Both the position numbers and the translations under genes were made by a program. Of a stretch of 64,000 bases of DNA, positions 59,577 through 64,000 are shown piece after piece. Position 1 is the stretch's first letter; every line of letters begins with the position of its first letter. The DNA lies in NCBI GenBank assembly GCA_965603825.1, contig CBFDEM010000013.1, positions 434,001-498,000 on the forward strand, read 5' to 3'. The stretch is from Blepharisma stoltei ATCC 30299 (Eukaryota > Protista > Ciliophora). The notes beneath the pieces are model-generated. The model was not told the DNA's origin, ran no database searches, and saw only the letters and a program-made list of their open reading frames with translations.

Positions 59577-59656
59577 ACTTACTGGTACAGCTTATCTTTC
59601 GAATTAGAGCCCAAAGATCACATTTGGGTTATTGCTAGGGACAAGGTTTTTTTTTT
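59577..59656 (+). ncRNA. Candidate minimal U1-like structured RNA or U1 remnant
   Basis: ACTTACTGG 5' motif; AGCCCAAA-GATCACA-TTTGGGTT hairpin; possible CTGGTA/TGCTAG closing helix; T10 tract; no clear Sm site. Confidence 0.25.
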
Positions 59657-59687
59657 AGAAGCAAACGGTTTTATGGTTTATATATAA

Positions 59688-60581
59688 ATGGAAGCCAAAA
59701 TCAACCTCAACATAGGAGAACTCCCAAGCCAGCCTGGCATTGAAAGCTATATTGAAATCGCCTCTGGAGAAAATTCTATAGCTCAAGCAAAAGAAAGAGC
59801 ATCTGCTGAAGTTGGATCTGACATTAATTCTTACAATCTATACGCTGTTATAGGCTGTTCTTCAGCTGAAGGAGCTGAATGTGTGAAAACATATTTGTCG
59901 AATGAATGGAATAATTTTTGGGCAAGATATAAGGATGATTATACATTTGGCAAATTTTTTAGCTCTTTTATTGGATGCAATCCAGCACAGGATATTAATG
60001 TTAATGGTACCTCAGTTATAATCCATGGACTATCAAGCAAAATTGAATTGGAAAACTCAAATGAAGAAGAAAAAGTCGGTTCATATGATCAGACAATTCT
60101 TATTGATATAAACACAGGCCAAGAAATTAGAACTATTCTTAGAGGGGAAAATCCTATTGTGGATGCTTTCGATGCTCTAAAACTAAAAATTTCTTTTTAT
60201 CGGTCATCTTTTATCCCAGAAGATTTTTGAAATCACCCTGCCTGCAATCGTCGAAATCGGGAGAGCAATGAATTTAGATTTTTTAAAACCCTCCTCACTA
60301 TATTAAAAAGTGGAGATCTAGAATTAAATTTCAAATCTGCAAGGGAGTTACCTGAGTTTGTCAAAGAAGAAGCTAAAAGCATTTCTGAAAGTTTCTTTTT
60401 TAGTGGAATGATGCACATTGTATTTTCTGATTGTTTGTACTTTTTAGGAGAATATTCTGAGCACACTACAGGCGAATTTTATGGCTTTTTATCAACTGAT
60501 AGTCGATTCACAAAGGTTAAGGTTAAAGCTCCTGGGCTTTTTTGCATTCAGCCTATTAAATACAACAATCATCCAAATTAA
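59688..60581 (+). CDS. Hypothetical protein (297 aa)
   Basis: ORF 59688-60230 continues through TGA to TAA 60579-60581. Confidence 0.72.
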
Positions 60582-61321
60582 AATAGCCATATTCAAATAA
60601 TAAAATTGATAACTTTTCCAGCTTAATATTTTTTCTTAGATAGAATTTCTTTGCACCCTCATATAATTATTTCTATTTTCCAAAAAAAGTTGTTTATAAT
60701 ATTTTCATATTTAGCAAAGCAATCTACAGAGCACCAACTATATTTTCATTTAAAAACTAATTTTTTCATTTGATCGAATAAATTGAACACTAAGGTTGTT
60801 TTTCCCAATCTGATCCAAGCTTGTAGTCTGACAAAGCATTTGCGCTAGTTCGATCGCTCCAGCAGCCTTCTCAAGTCTCCAAGATGGCTACATCTCCTTG
60901 AGTCTCCACTAGCTCGGACTTGCACACAGTATTTCTACCAGTCTTCAAGTTATTGCATTCTGGCCAGCTTTCGGTTTGATGCGAATATTTAATAATATTG
61001 TAACTGTCAAATATTGCTAAAAGAATTGCTACAAGATCGATATTTATGTCAAGTTAAAAAAATTTTCCAGATTCTTAGGAAACCTTGCTGATCATGCTAT
61101 GCTAGATATTTTCGATTCAGCTGGAAGATTACTTTGGAGCTCAAATCACATACACTCAGCCCTCTGCATGCACTTTCAGACTAAATAATTAATTTTATTT
61201 ATAAATATCAAAAATATTTTTATCTTCAATAAATAATACCTTCTTTACGTACCTAAAAAAGAAATTCATAACTTTTATCACTTGAATATTTTATGTATAT
61301 TAAAAAAACTCTCAACAAGTC

Positions 61322-62425
61322 ATGGGTGGAAAATGTTCATGTTTTAAAGATCAACCTACAGAAGACAATCAGCTGACAATTTACAAAGAAGTCCACACAT
61401 CTCAATCCAAGCAAGAGCAAGGCTTTTCCCATGATTTCTCAACTTCTATAATAAATCAATTACCCATCGATACTCCTTCTCTAATAAAGCTTCAAGCAAT
61501 TCTTCGTGGTTATATCGACCGGATGCTTTTAAAGGACGCCAGAATCGCTTCTCCTTCTTTTCAGATGATGTCATCTTTTTCTCCTCACCCACGAACCTCT
61601 TTGCATGAAATTGAAGGGGAAATTCCATCCTACGCCAATGCAAGTACAATAGCTGCATGTAGAAAATTAGGGCCTTTTATATATGACTACTCTTTAAACG
61701 ATGGAGTAGCAGTTTTTACAAAAGGGCCAGTCCAGCTGGAAAATGGAGCCGTTTATATTGGAGATTGAAATGAAAAGTTCGAAAGGCACGGTAAAGGGGT
61801 TCAGATATGAAATGATGGGAGCAAATATGAAGGCTATTGGAAAAACGATCGAGCCAATGGGAAAGGAAGGCTAATTCACGGAGATGGAGATGTGTATGAA
61901 GGGGAGTGAATGGACGACAAGGCCCATGGGCATGGGGTCTATACACATACAGATGGAGGAAAATATGTAGGGCTGTGAGAAAATGATAAGCAGCATGGGA
62001 AAGGAGTTGAAGAATGACCAGATGGAAGCAAATATGAAGGAGGATATATTGGTGGCAAAAAGCATGGAAAAGGCAAATTTAAATGGGCAGATGGAAGCAC
62101 TTATGATGGAGATTTTATTAATAACAATATTCATGGCTCAGGCACTTATTGCTGAAGCGACGGAAGAAAATATATAGGAGACTGGCTCAACAACAAAATG
62201 GATGGGAAAGGGACTTTTACTTGGCCTGATGGAAGATGCTATATTGGAGACTATATTGATGACAAAAAGCAAGGCTTTGGAGTTTTTACTTGACCTGATG
62301 GCAAAAAATATGAAGGCTCTTGGTTTAATGGAAAACAGCACGGAAAAGGAGTCTATATCTCATCAAATGGAGAAAAGAAAGAAGGAGAATGGAAAGATGG
62401 AATTCGAGTAAAAACTGCATCATAA
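61322..62425 (+). CDS. N-acylated IQ-motif MORN-repeat protein
   Basis: MGGKCSC start; IQ-like [11 protein letters not shown]; tandem YxGxW...HGxG MORN repeats with 7 TGA at Trp positions; ends TAA 62423-62425. Confidence 0.93.
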
Positions 62426-62624
62426 GTAACAATTTTATGACTTCGTAAAATAACTAAAAATTTTAAAAAAATGTTTCATGTATAAAAAACTTTAATTTTA
62501 AAAAGTTTCCTCTATATATTTAATCACAAATAATCAATCTTTTCTCAACTATTTTTGGATTTTTTTCTCCAAATCGCAAAATAACTATCCATTAGCTAGG
62601 TTTCTTGTATAACATTTTTTGAGG

Positions 62625-63107
62625 ATGGACAATCGAGATTACTCAGCTGGAGATATGTCACCGGTTTCACCTTTTTCGAAATTTTGCTTAACTTCTTTAC
62701 CATCAATAGGAGATTTCAGCATACGGGCGATAGAAGCTATGGACATTGAAAATGACGAAGAAATTAAACCTGAACAGCAAGAAACTCCTCCTATCCCTTG
62801 CGGCTGCCAAAGAACACACTGTTTAAAGCTTTATTGTGAGTGCTTTGCCAATAATAGATACTGCATAGGCTGCAATTGCCATAACTGCCACAATTTGCCG
62901 GGTTTTGAGGTCCATAGAGAAGAAGCAATTAAACAAATTATTGAAAGAAATCCTGGAGCTTTTAGAGAGGATTTTAGTACTATTCAAAAATCTTGTCATT
63001 GTAAGAGGTCGAATTGTGCTAAAAAGTATTGTGAATGCTATGAAGCTGGAAAACCTTGTTCGGCATTATGCAAATGTGAAGGATGCAAAAATATAGGCAA
63101 TCAGTAA
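62625..63107 (+). CDS. Tesmin/TSO1-like CRC (CXC) domain protein
   Basis: PCGCQRTHCLKLYCECFA...RNPGAF...CHCKRSNCAKKYCECYE...CKCEGCKN; first ATG at 62625. Confidence 0.92.
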   Translation: MDNRDYSAGDMSPVSPFSKFCLTSLPSIGDFSIRAIEAMDIENDEEIKPEQQETPPIPCGCQRTHCLKLYCECFANNRYCIGCNCHNCHNLPGFEVHREEAIKQIIERNPGAFREDFSTIQKSCHCKRSNCAKKYCECYEAGKPCSALCKCEGCKNIGNQ

Positions 63108-64000
63108 GAAACAAAATAGAAAGTGCAGATTTTAAATGAGAAAATTAAGTAATTTTTATGTTTATATAATTTCACTATTTAAGAAAAGTTTTTTTATTTA
63201 TTGTTAAATGCAGGTTTGATAAAGTTTGAAAAATATCTTTAAAAATCCAAAAATTCATCATGCCCTATTAAATGGATATCGGCATATGCAGAGTCGCCCT
63301 TTAATTCTAATTTCCCGTAAATAATTCAAAATTTGCAAGGTTGATGCTTAGTTTGATCATATCCAGTTAAATTCCACATAATTAATAAAAATAAAGTAAG
63401 ATACTGTTAATGCCCATACAATTTTGTAATTTATTTTTATATCTTATCAATTTGATTTTCTAAAATTCTTAAATCAAAATACGACAGAAAAAAGGCACTT
63501 CTCTGTGGTTCTGTTAGTGAAATTTCAGTTTCGCTATACTGCCGCCATTAGACATAATCAAACTATCTTTGACCGCTACCAAGCAAGCATTATCAATGGG
63601 GTCTTTCTTACATGTTTATGGAAAACACGGAAACTTACTTTTGTATCAGAAGGAGCTTCTATTGGTTTGTTTGCTACAAACAGTAACAATAAAGATTTAG
63701 TTATCGATGAATTTAAATAAAAATCTTGATTAGGCAGTATTTTGGTTCATAAAAGGGCAAATATTTTAAATATGAAGGGGATAGCCTTAAATATAAAATT
63801 CAGTAAAGTTTTACATTTAATTAGACTTGATTGCTTAAATCCATAGCATATAAACTGCATAAGTCTTGATTGCTTTTAAAGCTAGTAATATTGCTTCTAG
63901 AATAGTAGAAAATGCTTTAAAATCAGAAAAATTGATAATAATGTTAATAATTATGTTTTAAATTTTATTAGAAAGTTGAAAATCAGTAAAAATGGACAAA

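Noticed and set aside
60820-60925. RNase P RNA (minus-strand UCAGACUAC resembling CR-V)
   Set aside because: The ACnnAA context is missing and the candidate CR-I partner GUCCGA mismatches in P4.
63505-63720. 71-aa ORF near the window end
   Set aside because: No ATG start and no recognisable motif; at most a decayed gene fragment.
1-64000. Bacterial (Mollicute, UGA=Trp) or mitochondrial origin
   Set aside because: The genes are nuclear eukaryotic (eS19, NAA15, H2A, Derlin, LRRC6) and contain GT-AG introns.
1-64000. Transposases, CRISPR arrays, rRNA, telomeric repeats
   Set aside because: No transposase or RT motifs, repeat-spacer arrays, rRNA-like segments or tandem telomeric units were seen by eye.

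Overview
This is AT-rich, gene-dense eukaryotic DNA, most likely the macronuclear (somatic) genome of a heterotrich ciliate of the Blepharisma type (inferred). In-frame TGA repeatedly falls at invariant Trp positions (Derlin WR motif, MORN GxW, RCC1 repeat W, USP His-box W), while TAA/TAG end every gene model, and the introns are 15-16 nt. The supplied ORF track therefore fragments many genes and misses several (ENY2, a PLAC8-family gene, a 3-intron EF-hand gene, two small membrane proteins). Re-read with UGA=Trp, the window holds about 42 protein genes plus one tRNA-Arg(UCU). No transposase, CRISPR array, rRNA or telomeric repeat was seen. The most notable items are: (1) two genes whose frame is restored by a 16-nt GTA-starting intron with A at -6 but a non-AG end (GG, AA), suggesting distance-based 3' splice-site choice; (2) a ~70-nt U1-like structured element; (3) a 90-aa HEXIM-like PYNT-motif protein; (4) a divergent H2A lacking DNA-contacting arginines; (5) Pex14_N-LRR and mitochondrial SAP-RAP fusion proteins; (6) strongly gene-specific TGA/TGG usage. 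All family calls are from motif recognition by eye; no searches were run.
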